Below, one piece after another: positions 22,101 through 30,296 of a DNA stretch of 64,000 bases. The stretch lies in assembly GCA_965207885.1 (NCBI GenBank), contig OZ242311.1, positions 5,376,001 through 5,440,000 of the forward strand, written 5' to 3'. A program made the position numbers and the translations under genes. Source of the DNA: Candidatus Latescibacterota bacterium (GTDB taxonomy: Bacteria; Latescibacterota; UBA2968). Under the pieces are notes generated by a model, which had not been told where the DNA came from, ran no database searches, and saw only the letters and a program-made list of their open reading frames with translations. Each line of letters begins with the position of its first letter. The stretch's first letter is position 1.

Positions 22101-22344
22101 ATTGGAAGATCTTGGACTGTACGGTTCTCAAGTCAAAGATACGGCCCAGGAGGAGCACACCCTATTCGCTTCTCAAGACCGCGAAATCGTGCCTTTGGAT
22201 GAATTTGAACGCTACTACATCCTCAAAGTGCTCGAAGCCACCAAATGGCGGATAACCGGATCTAAGGGAGCAGCGACCCTGCTGGGATTACCGCCTTCTA
22301 CCCTGTATGGCAAAATGAAAAAACTGGGGATCAAACGTCCTTGA
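19126..22344 (+). CDS. Sigma54-dependent activator with N-terminal two-component-regulator beta-propellers and Y_Y_Y domain
   Basis: Many (E)DxxGxLWF propeller repeats, YRLKGYDADW...LPPGDYTFQVRA, GETGVGKG, ELFGHERGAFTSA, LFLDEIGD, WPGNVREL, C-terminal HTH. Confidence 0.9.
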   Translation: MIKPLDRAGTWRTYSLDSGLAGLRVEHIAEDSEGYLWFATWDNGACRFDGDEFQNFTQQDGLVNDRTYFLAQDSQNRLWFGTANGVCWYDGVGFHHLKDDGIADRTVQCIYEDREGRIWCGGSRTLGYYDGTVFHDLIPRYLQHYEQPPSPEWHHFCWGITQDLKGHLWFGFDYPIRFDGTSFHRYDKKEGFPQEGTAYVVDSDHTGKVWIGQFGHRDGLWCYADGTFQSVQVDLGGLVRKIQYDREGRMWCCTAGGVLCQDGDGFSKFPLPDGLPHPAVKSMYQDRDHRYWFATWSGVLLYDAHSISVFDLGKAIPKDKEPNEVSQIVQDCQGDIWVGCISPLLSGPINSVFRFDCKHFVFVGTEDGHDIDSCFSIYEDHEGYLWFGGLNGLFRYDGQKLKKMEVAEDLDERSISTIIQDAQGQFLFGYWEKGSYKTVYKKEELSVSPLKIIYQRDEEFQTIFVENKKKDSLDRIGTVVIGRNSEIYFHLACHNFSPGDRGLGCWHPEDGLKFYGIEDGLIDDKVNDLLLDRAGNLWIATLSGLCRFDGHTFHTFTTEDGLPNNHIRCLFEDRQGHLWLGTDGGVAHYNGQYFQTIKSPHIAPVSQILEDRDGAFWFGTTLGSIIRYRQRQTPPQIRLLQVVSDQVYENLKEVILSTVGQQVIFEYKGLSFSTHPRDMLYIYRLKGYDADWQPATRKMRTYYRDLPPGDYTFQVRAIDRDLNYSEIAQVQLSVEIDPRIEGLTATLNNQGENEFIGQSAALHAFQIQLGKVASVDLTVLFKGETGVGKGLAARTLHALSSHSDGPFIQVNCGALPETLIDSELFGHERGAFTSAVSRRLGKVELARGGTLFLDEIGDMAQETQVRMLRLLEEGTFERIGSSETLRVQTRIVVATNRNLEEMVSAGAFREDLYYRLQVFPLSLPPLRERKEDIPDLAEYFKNQIAVHIGTQIDPLTSEIIAVLQTYHWPGNVRELKHTIQRAVITCNESRIKLEDLGLYGSQVKDTAQEEHTLFASQDREIVPLDEFERYYILKVLEATKWRITGSKGAATLLGLPPSTLYGKMKKLGIKRP

Positions 22345-22373
22345 TGATAGCCATATCGTGAGGCCCCAATAGA

Positions 22374-22409
22374 AAAAGCCCAACGGTTTGGAAGAGGCCG
22401 TTGGGCTTT
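22374..22409. terminator. Bidirectional intrinsic terminator
   Basis: aaaagcccaacgg...ccgttgggcttt; second copy at about 23497-23530. Confidence 0.7.
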
Positions 22410-22470
22410 AAAAAAATAAAATTCGATCACACCTTCGCTGCACCTCAATTACAGGCGCCTGAGTAACTGG

Positions 22471-22716
22471 TCATAGTCCGCGTGCGATCCTATCCAGTGA
22501 AAAAGCATCATCAAGTGGTACCGTATCACCCGCAGCAACTTCCCTTCTTACTCCTTCAGCCAAACGATCCCACTGCTCATCCGTCGTGGCTTCAAAGCGC
22601 TCTGTCCAGGCCCGCTCGTCTTTCAGGTCAGCTATAATACGTGCAGCAATAGCATCCCGCTGATCTTGAGGCAGTTTTTGAATCTCTGCGACGACCTGTT
22701 CCAGTAAATCAGCCAT
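22471..22716 (-). CDS. Small putative antitoxin, copy 2
   Basis: AAGGAG RBS; resembles small acidic helical proteins that usually precede RelE/ParE-like toxins. Confidence 0.6.
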   Translation of the reverse strand: MADLLEQVVAEIQKLPQDQRDAIAARIIADLKDERAWTERFEATTDEQWDRLAEGVRREVAAGDTVPLDDAFSLDRIARGL

Positions 22717-22767
22717 TTCTGTAGCTCCTTGCGCGAAGGGCTGCGAAGATCAAGTCGATCCAAAGGG

Positions 22768-22992
22768 TCATGCAGCGAGAACCGGATGGTTAAGCCGATC
22801 ACTGGCAAATCGCAAACAGGCGCGAATGTCCTCAGGTTCAAGGTCTGGATGCTCTGATAGAATTTGTTCACGAGTCAAGTCATGAGCGAGCAAATCCAGC
22901 ACATCCGTGACGCGAATCCGCATACCCCGAATACAGGGCCGTCCCCCACACTGATTGGGATTGACCGTGATACGATCTGTTAGAGTATCTAT
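22768..22992 (-). CDS. DUF433-family antitoxin (start codon ATA; possibly inactivated)
   Basis: Hand translation DRITVNPNQCGGRPCIRGMRIRVTDVLDLLA...HPDLEPEDIRACLRFA; AAAGGA RBS then ATA; followed by a 6-codon MTLWID stub. Confidence 0.8.
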   Translation of the reverse strand: MDTLTDRITVNPNQCGGRPCIRGMRIRVTDVLDLLAHDLTREQILSEHPDLEPEDIRACLRFASDRLNHPVLAA

Positions 22993-23004
22993 AGCTGTCC
23001 TTTC

Positions 23005-23358
23005 TTACACAAAATCTTTGTCCAGCATCGCTGACACAGAGGAAATATAGTCCCTATCAGACATCTGACGCTCTAAAACTCGCACCTCAGCCTCCAATCG
23101 CTCACCGAGGCGATCTTTCTCCAACTCCAAATTGTAGCGTGTCTGAAGATTGAGCCAGAACCGATCCGTGGTTCCAAAGTAGCGCGCCAGCCGAAGTGCT
23201 GTGTCTGCCGAAATAGCGCGCTTGCCGTGTACAATCTCGTTAATCCGGCGAGGAGGCACTGAGATGTCCTTTGCCAGACGATATTGGCTAATACTCAGAG
23301 GCTCGAGAAATTCCTCGAGCAAGATCTCTCCCGGATGAATTGGGGGCATTGTAGGCAT
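23005..23358 (-). CDS. higA: HigA-family antitoxin (XRE HTH)
   Basis: PIHPGEILLEEFL, QYRLAKDI, RINEIVHGKRAISADTALRLARYFG, FWLNLQ. Confidence 0.92.
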   Translation of the reverse strand: MPTMPPIHPGEILLEEFLEPLSISQYRLAKDISVPPRRINEIVHGKRAISADTALRLARYFGTTDRFWLNLQTRYNLELEKDRLGERLEAEVRVLERQMSDRDYISSVSAMLDKDFV

Positions 23359-23592
23359 AGATACCTCCTAATGGTAAATTTCAAATGCTATCACAATGAC
23401 GAAGCAGATGATTTTTTTCCTTGTTAAAGAAAGCCCGTCAGTCAATTATGAGCAACACTAAAAGCACTTGTGAAGTCGCCAGTAAGACTCCAATAAAAAA
23501 GCCCAACGATTTGAAAAGGCCGTTGGGCTTCTAAAAAACAAGATTCGATCACACCTTCGCGACACCTCAGTTACAGACGCTTGAGTAACCGG

Positions 23593-23829
23593 TCATAGTC
23601 CGCGTGACAGTGAAAAAGCATCATCAAGTGGCACCGTATCACCCCCAACAATTTCCTTTCTCGCTGCTTCAGCCAAACGATCCCACTGCTCATCAGTCGT
23701 GGCTTCAAAACGTTCTGTCCAGGCCTGATCATCTTTCAGGTCAATTAGAATACGTGCGGCAATGGCATCCCGCTGGTCTTGCGGCAATTTTTGAATCTCT
23801 GCGACTACCTGTTCAAGTAAATCAGCCAT
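23593..23829 (-). CDS. Small putative antitoxin, copy 1
   Basis: Paralogue of 22471-22716; AAGGAG RBS. Confidence 0.6.
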   Translation of the reverse strand: MADLLEQVVAEIQKLPQDQRDAIAARILIDLKDDQAWTERFEATTDEQWDRLAEAARKEIVGGDTVPLDDAFSLSRGL

Positions 23830-23862
23830 TTCTGTGGCTCCTTGCGTCAGGGGCTACGAGGA

Positions 23863-24279
23863 TCAATCTTCTGGTTCGGCGGGATTGTCTTTTGGGATCA
23901 AGATAAATGGATTGGCAATTGTGGTTTTGCCAAAACGCTTGAGCAATTGGACCTCATTGCTTGGGTCGAGATTCTCCTCGCGGATCACACGCTGAATGGC
24001 CGGCTGTCCCAAGCCAGGGATACGAACAACGAAAAACGGCCACAACACGTCAGATTCGTAGCGCTTGTCTAAACGCGGAAAATTGACGATTGGATAAGCG
24101 TCTTTCTTCTTCCGGAAAGTATCCGTGTATTCGAAACACCACTTTCCGTCATGAAGAGAGAGATGCCCCACATCGAGGTCGCCGTATCGCAACAAAAATT
24201 CAGCAGTTTCATCTTGCGGGGTGCGAAGGTGCTTCAGCCCGCCTTGGTGGAACAGGATTTTTTTTAGGGTCGATATCAT
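23863..24279 (-). CDS. HipA N-terminal-domain (HipS-like) protein
   Basis: VGHLS...WCFEY...FP...YESDVLWPFFVVRIP pattern; no kinase domain. Confidence 0.7.
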   Translation of the reverse strand: MISTLKKILFHQGGLKHLRTPQDETAEFLLRYGDLDVGHLSLHDGKWCFEYTDTFRKKKDAYPIVNFPRLDKRYESDVLWPFFVVRIPGLGQPAIQRVIREENLDPSNEVQLLKRFGKTTIANPFILIPKDNPAEPED

Positions 24280-24310
24280 AGCATACTCCATTAGGGGATT
24301 TTCTCAGACA

Positions 24311-24532
24311 TTATGGCCCTGTTGGCTTGCCCAGTCGCCGTTGTTCCGCTTCCCATTGGAGCGCAGCCTCTTGAGTGGTGCGAAAACCGACCTGAAAAAT
24401 GTGGCCCCTGTCCCAACCGGGTTTTCGCTGGTGCTCGGCCTCGCGGCGATCAAGATCTCTGGTGATGCCCGTGTGGACAATGCGATTGCCCAACTTAAAG
24501 TGGTATTTGTAAACGGTTCTACTGGTTGCCAT
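24311..24532 (-). CDS. Small GIY-YIG-like protein
   Basis: YKYHF...HTGITRDLDRREAEH; GGAGGT RBS. Confidence 0.6.
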   Translation of the reverse strand: MATSRTVYKYHFKLGNRIVHTGITRDLDRREAEHQRKPGWDRGHIFQVGFRTTQEAALQWEAEQRRLGKPTGP

Positions 24533-24700
24533 GTCGTTAGACCTCCACATTGACGTACTCCCCAAGCCAAAGCATTGGGATTCTAAAATCTTGTTGCTTC
24601 AGCAGGGATTGTGGGATCAACAGTAGTTGCTTGCTTCCCCGAAGTTCGGCAAGTCTTACGCTACCTCCGCCAGAGGTGGACGCCCCCACCTGTGAATGTT
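24530..24700 (-). ncRNA. Putative TnpB omegaRNA (scaffold plus flank-derived guide)
   Basis: Inferred from established TnpB biology: overlaps the tnpB 3' end and right-end hairpin; the 5' boundary is approximate. Confidence 0.55.
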
Positions 24701-26056
24701 TATCGCCGCGTTGAGGTCTCTGTCTATCTCAAGACCACACTCGCAACAATGGAATGTTCTCTCTCGCAATTCGAGATTCTCTTTCACTGTATCACAAGCC
24801 GAGCATGTCTTTGACGTGGGTAGCCATTTGTCGATTTGTTTGACAACTTTGCCCGTCTTTTTTGCCACATACTTGAGAATGTTCAAAAAGTCTGAGAAGC
24901 CCAAATCGCTAATCTTTCGTCCCCACAACGCTTTCATGGCGTCAATGTGCAAAGTCTCAAAGAACATAACGTCATAGTCTTTACACAGTTGATGGGCAAG
25001 TCGCCAATGATAGTCTCTACGCTGATTAGCAACGCACCTATGCACTCTGGCATGATTTACTCTTGCTCTGTGACGATTGCTGCTACCTTTCTTCTTGCGA
25101 GAAAGATTGCGATTAGCCTTTTTGACTTTCCTCGAATTACGATTGAAGAACAATGGCGATTGTGTCCTTGTGCTGTCTGAGGCTGTTAGATATGTTTGCA
25201 AGCCAAAGTCAAAACCTGCGGTTTTACCGTTCTTGATCATGAATGACTTGATACCCTCAGCCTTTGCAACAACACATAGCCACAAATCGCCTACGCGGTC
25301 ACGTTTGATTGTGACCATCTTGATACGCTCTACATCGAACTTTCTGCTCTTATGGTATCTGAATATACGCTTGCCAATACGCACCTTGTTACGCTCAAGG
25401 AATTTGTATCCTGCTTGCTTCAGCGTATAGGACTGATACCGAAAGCGAGACCTGAAAGTAGGCGGACGCTTGTTGTCTCTGGCAAAGAATTTCTGATAGC
25501 CAAAGTCTATGCGCTCAACCACATTTTGCAATGCCTGTGACGGCAACAAACGCCAATGTGCAAATCGTCCTGTTCTTTTCAGCTTTGCCAAATGGTTAAT
25601 CATTGTGAACTTACTCGGATATTTGCCAAAACGCCGATAGTATCGCTTGTGCAAGGCAATGAAATGATTATACACCTCAGCAAAAGAATCTATATCCCTA
25701 TGGATATACATATTGCGATCGCAGAGACTATACATTTTGTATTTGTATGTTAAGTATTCCATAATGTAAATATACATAAAAACAGTAATTTATGAAAATT
25801 TTATGTAGTCAGTGAACGGATGATTTTGGTCGATGAAGTGCTGGCGCACTTGTACACCGCTCCACCGCCCACATTGCCTTGAGCAATGTGCCACCATGCT
25901 AAGCATGTTCCGTGATGATTTTACACGGAAGCACCGCACCATAAGCATGTCCCTGCGAAAGCAGGGATTCGGAAGCCCTTGCAAAACAACGCTCGCTAAC
26001 TCGCGTCTGCTTCCCAACGCTAAAGCTCTCTGCGAGTGGGTCTTACGGGCTGTAAG
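24550..26056 (-). mobile_element. IS200/IS605-family element (tnpB intact, tnpA decayed)
   Basis: Right end gaatcccaatgctttggcttggggagtacgTCAA at 24550; left-end hairpin (cccaacgctaaagc...tggg) preceded on the minus strand by TTAT at 26057-26060. Confidence 0.75.
24656..25762 (-). CDS. tnpB: RNA-guided endonuclease TnpB
   Basis: RuvC GFDFG / FETL / DRDLNAAINI, zinc finger TSKTCSAC...CCEC. Confidence 0.93.
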   Translation of the reverse strand: MEYLTYKYKMYSLCDRNMYIHRDIDSFAEVYNHFIALHKRYYRRFGKYPSKFTMINHLAKLKRTGRFAHWRLLPSQALQNVVERIDFGYQKFFARDNKRPPTFRSRFRYQSYTLKQAGYKFLERNKVRIGKRIFRYHKSRKFDVERIKMVTIKRDRVGDLWLCVVAKAEGIKSFMIKNGKTAGFDFGLQTYLTASDSTRTQSPLFFNRNSRKVKKANRNLSRKKKGSSNRHRARVNHARVHRCVANQRRDYHWRLAHQLCKDYDVMFFETLHIDAMKALWGRKISDLGFSDFLNILKYVAKKTGKVVKQIDKWLPTSKTCSACDTVKENLELRERTFHCCECGLEIDRDLNAAINIHRWGRPPLAEVA

Positions 26057-26097
26057 ATAATTGTCGGATATAACATCAGAAATAGGTACAAAAAACA

Positions 26098-26148
26098 GGG
26101 CGACCACAAGGGTCGCCCCTACAGTCGCGGCAGGGATGCCGCTCCTAC
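26098..26148. repeat. Two GTAG-type REP-like palindromes
   Basis: gggcgaccacaagggtcgcccctac and cgcggcagggatgccgctcctac. Confidence 0.65.
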
Positions 26149-26179
26149 GACTTAATTTTCATACTTCACTCTTCTTACT

Positions 26180-27100
26180 TCACACTTCCAACCCCACACC
26201 AAACGCCCTCTCAAACTCCCCCCAGAGATCGAGATCGACATCGGCAGTGGCATCGGAGAGCACCTCGTCGAGTTCGCGGGGAGAAGCCGGTCCCACAAGA
26301 AGCATACCATTGCCATTTAAGGGTGCAGCCAGACAAAATTGCAGAGCAAAGCGACGAATACTAATCCCGCGCGCATTGCACCACTCCCACATCGCAACAG
26401 CGCGCTCTGCCTGTCCTGGATAGCGGCGGCCAGACAACTCGGCATCGGGCTTGGGACCAGCCAGCAAGCCCATCCCCTGCACACTCGCCAGAATAAGACC
26501 CACATCGTGCTCAAGTGCGAGAGGAATCGTCGTCTCCGCAGCAGTCTGACTCAGCAGCGTATAATCGAGAAACGTAATCACAATATCGCAAACCCCCGTC
26601 TCAATCGCGTAGCGGTGAAAATCGTGAGAACGACAGCCAATACCCGTATATCCAATCAACCCCTCGTCTCTCATCTTCAAAAGCTCATCCGAAGCAAATC
26701 CCGGTGAATAAACCTCTTCTATATCCCTCGGATCGTGGATAAGCAACGCATCGATATAATCCGTCTTGAGCTGTCTCAGACTATTCTCAACCGTCCACCG
26801 GATCGACTTCGCCGAAAAATCGTGTCGCCTATCCCGATGGGTACCCGCTTTAGTCTGCAAATAAACCTTCTCCCGGTACCCTCCTTGAAGCGCGAGACCC
26901 ACACGCCGCTCGCTCTCGCCCCCGCCATAAGCGGCAGACGTATCGATAAAATTAATTCCCCGATCAATCGCCTCTCGCACAGTCGCAATCCCCTCATCAT
27001 CAGACACCCGCTGCGGACTGCCGAGAAAAGCACAGCCAAGACCAATCGCTTTGGGTTTAAGTTCCGTGCGACCAAGACGTCGCGTTTCGAGTTCAGGCAT
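26180..27100 (-). CDS. Aldo/keto reductase
   Basis: RRLGRTEL, GINFIDTSAAYG, TKAG, SLRQLKTDYID. Confidence 0.9.
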   Translation of the reverse strand: MPELETRRLGRTELKPKAIGLGCAFLGSPQRVSDDEGIATVREAIDRGINFIDTSAAYGGGESERRVGLALQGGYREKVYLQTKAGTHRDRRHDFSAKSIRWTVENSLRQLKTDYIDALLIHDPRDIEEVYSPGFASDELLKMRDEGLIGYTGIGCRSHDFHRYAIETGVCDIVITFLDYTLLSQTAAETTIPLALEHDVGLILASVQGMGLLAGPKPDAELSGRRYPGQAERAVAMWEWCNARGISIRRFALQFCLAAPLNGNGMLLVGPASPRELDEVLSDATADVDLDLWGEFERAFGVGLEV

Positions 27101-27113
27101 AGCATCTCCTTAT

Positions 27114-28550
27114 TTATTTTCGTTCACTTCTCACATAACGCGCCAGCAAGCTCAGATTCCGAATAAACGTGCGGCACGAAAGAATCTCCGCCTCAATGCG
27201 CTCGCGTCTATTCTCTGGATTTCTCAACGACCCCTGCTCGACCCAGCGACCCCGGTCATCGAGCGTATCAATAATTTCCCTCACGCGATCAGCACCCGGG
27301 TTTGTAATGCGCCCACGCTCAGATAAAATCTTCTCCCGCCCCTCTGCCCTGATGCGATTGTACAGAACCTCAACCCGCTCAATCCGATTCCCACTCACCT
27401 TAAACGCATAATGCGTGGGCAGATCCGAATCGTCATACGTAAGCACATAATCGCGGGTAAAAAACAGCGGCCGATTGGTCTGAAGCTCGTAAAACCGCGC
27501 CAGGCGACCATCGGGCAAAAGCGAGCGCTTTGCCCAATCCAGCGCCCTGGGAATCGGAACCAGAAAACGCGCCTCCCCAGTCGCCAAATACAAATCCAAA
27601 AGCACTTGCAAAACCCCAAAACTCTCGCCACCCGTAACAGAAGGCGGCTCAAAACGACGCGCCCAGGTCGGCTCCATATCCAAATTGTACTGCTGCGCCC
27701 ATGCGGGCTGTGGCTCGGGCATCTGCGCCAGAATAATAAAATCGCCACCCCGCTTAGCCGCATCGAGATAGCGGTCATCGCCGTAAACATCGTACGCCTC
27801 AACCATCGTCTCGATCACATCGGCAATCGCATTATCATTAAACGTATAATAATCCAAATAGCGCGTATTGGGATAGGTCCGCGACCACGTCTTGGGATAA
27901 CGCGCCTTCTTCACCGGAAACTTTTCCGGATCGGGAAAAGCCTCAAACCGCTGGGGCCACGCCCCATTTGGATACTGCGCCTTGAGAAGCGCATCGAGCC
28001 CAAATTGCACCGCCGCGTGAATCTCCTCATCCTCAAAATCTTGCACCTTATCCACCCGCATCAACAACTGCAACGCACTCTGCGTATTATTGTCGTCGAG
28101 CGTCGTGCGATTGCGGCGGTTCCCTGTATCGACATCGCCCCGATCGACATCTCGCCGAAAGTGCCAGCGCTTACTTCCCTCCGCATCAAAATCAATCCGA
28201 TAATCCCAACCCCCAGAAGCGAGTTGCCCCCACACAAGCGCGCGCGCCGCCTCAACAGCACCATTGAGAAACAGCGTATCGCCCGTAGCCTCATACGCCT
28301 CCAAAAACGCCATACCCACAGCAGGCGTACCCGGCGGCTGCACCCAGATCGTCGAAGGCGACGCCGTACCCTCGCCCTCGCGCATGGAAAAATCGGTCTT
28401 ATACCGCCACAAATAACCGCCATGAGTCGCAACATCGGTGCGGAAATAGCGCGTCGCCATAACCATCGCATCAATCGCAGCCCGATGAAGACTTTCATCC
28501 GCACCGAGCGGCGCACTGACCATCAGGAGCAAAACAAAAAAAAATTTCAT
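27114..28550 (-). CDS. Secreted pectate lyase PL10 (PelA)-like protein
   Basis: Signal peptide; AQYPNGAWPQ, TFNDNA, WAQQYN...ARRFEP. Confidence 0.75.
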   Translation of the reverse strand: MKFFFVLLLMVSAPLGADESLHRAAIDAMVMATRYFRTDVATHGGYLWRYKTDFSMREGEGTASPSTIWVQPPGTPAVGMAFLEAYEATGDTLFLNGAVEAARALVWGQLASGGWDYRIDFDAEGSKRWHFRRDVDRGDVDTGNRRNRTTLDDNNTQSALQLLMRVDKVQDFEDEEIHAAVQFGLDALLKAQYPNGAWPQRFEAFPDPEKFPVKKARYPKTWSRTYPNTRYLDYYTFNDNAIADVIETMVEAYDVYGDDRYLDAAKRGGDFIILAQMPEPQPAWAQQYNLDMEPTWARRFEPPSVTGGESFGVLQVLLDLYLATGEARFLVPIPRALDWAKRSLLPDGRLARFYELQTNRPLFFTRDYVLTYDDSDLPTHYAFKVSGNRIERVEVLYNRIRAEGREKILSERGRITNPGADRVREIIDTLDDRGRWVEQGSLRNPENRRERIEAEILSCRTFIRNLSLLARYVRSERK

Positions 28551-28560
28551 AAAAACCTTT

Positions 28561-28592
28561 CTGGATTGCGGCTAAAACCCTGCCGCAATGAC
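28561..28592. repeat. Dispersed palindromic element copy
   Basis: ctggattgcggctaaaaccctgccgcaatgac. Confidence 0.75.
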
Positions 28593-28728
28593 GTACGCAC
28601 AACTCAGTAGTGACAGTTGCTTTTAACCCTTATCGCGCTGCAAGCTATCCCATTCACCTTCTGCGGTCAACCGCAAAATGTCCACATCAGTTGCGCTTTT
28701 AATCATTAGCATTTAAATTCAATTCACA

Positions 28729-29376
28729 ATGGACATCCTCTACCTCGACAATCACCTGCTGGTCGTACGCAAACCCGCTGGCCTGCTCGTACAGGGCAAC
28801 CACACCGGCGACAAAAACTTGCTGGACATGGGCAAAGCCTATCTCAAAGTCAAATTCAACAAACCCGGCAACGTATTTCTCGGACTCGTACACCGATTGG
28901 ACCGCCCAGTATCTGGCGTCGTCGTCTTTGCGCGCACATCGACATCAGCGCGCCGCTTATCGCAACAATTTCGAGAGCGAACCGTTGAAAAACGCTATAT
29001 CGCTCTCGTCCACGGCAAAACCCCCGAAAACGGCCATCTCGTAAACCACATCGCGCGGCGGCAGACAAAAAGCCGCATCGTAACCCCTCCTCATGGACAA
29101 CGCGCAGAACTCACGTACGAGCGACTGGCATACCGCAACGGCATATCCTCGGTGCGCGTGGACCTCGCCACCGGGCGCCATCATCAAATACGCGTACAAT
29201 TCGCGGACATAGGCCATCCCGTACTGGGCGATTTTAAATACGGATCGCGCAAACCATTTCCCAACCGCGCCATCGCCCTCCACGCACAGAGCCTGACCAT
29301 AATACACCCGACAAAAAAGGAACGCATGACCTTTGAAACCCGACCAGAAGCATTTTGGCCTAAATCTTTCACATAG
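28729..29376 (+). CDS. RluA-family pseudouridine synthase
   Basis: KPAGL, VHRLDRPVSG, TGRHHQIRV, GDFKYG. Confidence 0.92.
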   Translation: MDILYLDNHLLVVRKPAGLLVQGNHTGDKNLLDMGKAYLKVKFNKPGNVFLGLVHRLDRPVSGVVVFARTSTSARRLSQQFRERTVEKRYIALVHGKTPENGHLVNHIARRQTKSRIVTPPHGQRAELTYERLAYRNGISSVRVDLATGRHHQIRVQFADIGHPVLGDFKYGSRKPFPNRAIALHAQSLTIIHPTKKERMTFETRPEAFWPKSFT

Positions 29377-29396
29377 CTTTAGAGCACACCCCACTC

Positions 29397-30296
29397 ATGA
29401 CCGAACAAATAACCTATCGCAATCGCAAAACAGATGAAATGATCTCCGAACCGCTCATATTGCCCCGCATTCAATATGCTGTCGCGCGATCTCGTGTCGC
29501 AATATTTGTTTACAACATACTCCTGAACACATACCCATTTTGCTGGCTACTCGGCAAATGGATGGATCTGAAGGGATCGCGAAAAAAAATCCAGGCATTT
29601 GTACAAAAATACGACATCAACCTAGACGAAATCGAATTGCCCCTGAACCAATACAAAAATCTAAACGCCTTTTTCTCGCGCAAACTCAAACCCGACGCAC
29701 GCCCCTTTATCGCCGATTCCCACATCTTCTGTTCACCCGCCGATGGAAAAGTACTCGCATATCCCAAACTGAATGCACAAACCCGTTTACCCGTCAAAGG
29801 GTCCCATGTCGATATTGCACACCTTCTATCATCAAAAGAATCCGCAATCCCTTATAGAAATGGTGCTGCGCTCGTCATTCGATTGGCCCCGTCAGACTAC
29901 CACCGCTACCATTTTCCCGTTGCCGGCATCGCAACTGCATCTGCTAAAATCTCTGGGCGCTATTATCTCGTCAACCCCATTGCCCTCGACGTAAAACCCG
30001 ACTTATTTGCCCACAACAAACGCGAAGTAACATACCTCGAAACCGAACACTTTGGACGCATCATGATCATGGAAGTAGCGGGCTGGGGCGTGGGGCGCAT
30101 CGTCCAAACATACCAGCCGGGCAATGTAGAACGTGGGCAGGAAAAGGGCTATTTTCAATTTGGAGGATCTACTCTGGTACTCCTGTTTGAGCCTGGGCGC
30201 ATTGTCTTTGACAACGACCTCACCCGCGACACACAATCAGACATCGAAGTCCAGGTACACGCGGGATCACAACTGGGCGTGCAGGCCGTATCATGA
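29397..30296 (+). CDS. psd: Phosphatidylserine decarboxylase proenzyme
   Basis: FFSRKLKPDARP, SPADG, RLAPSDYHRYH, FGGST cleavage motif. Confidence 0.9.
   Translation: MTEQITYRNRKTDEMISEPLILPRIQYAVARSRVAIFVYNILLNTYPFCWLLGKWMDLKGSRKKIQAFVQKYDINLDEIELPLNQYKNLNAFFSRKLKPDARPFIADSHIFCSPADGKVLAYPKLNAQTRLPVKGSHVDIAHLLSSKESAIPYRNGAALVIRLAPSDYHRYHFPVAGIATASAKISGRYYLVNPIALDVKPDLFAHNKREVTYLETEHFGRIMIMEVAGWGVGRIVQTYQPGNVERGQEKGYFQFGGSTLVLLFEPGRIVFDNDLTRDTQSDIEVQVHAGSQLGVQAVS

Larger units (their letters stand above)
22365..23845. repeat. Diverged direct repeat of about 360 bp (22365-22730 and 23487-23845): terminator plus small gene
   Basis: Both copies carry the same terminator, spacer and MADLLEQVVAEIQKLPQDQRDAIAARI gene. 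Confidence 0.85.

Noticed and set aside
22365-24540. Integron cassette array
   Set aside because: No integrase and no attC-type RYYYAAC...GTTRRRY boundaries recognised; the shared sequence is a duplicated terminator plus gene.
25790-26107. 105-aa ORF as a functional TnpA
   Set aside because: No HUH motif or catalytic Tyr, and it crosses the element end; at most a relic.
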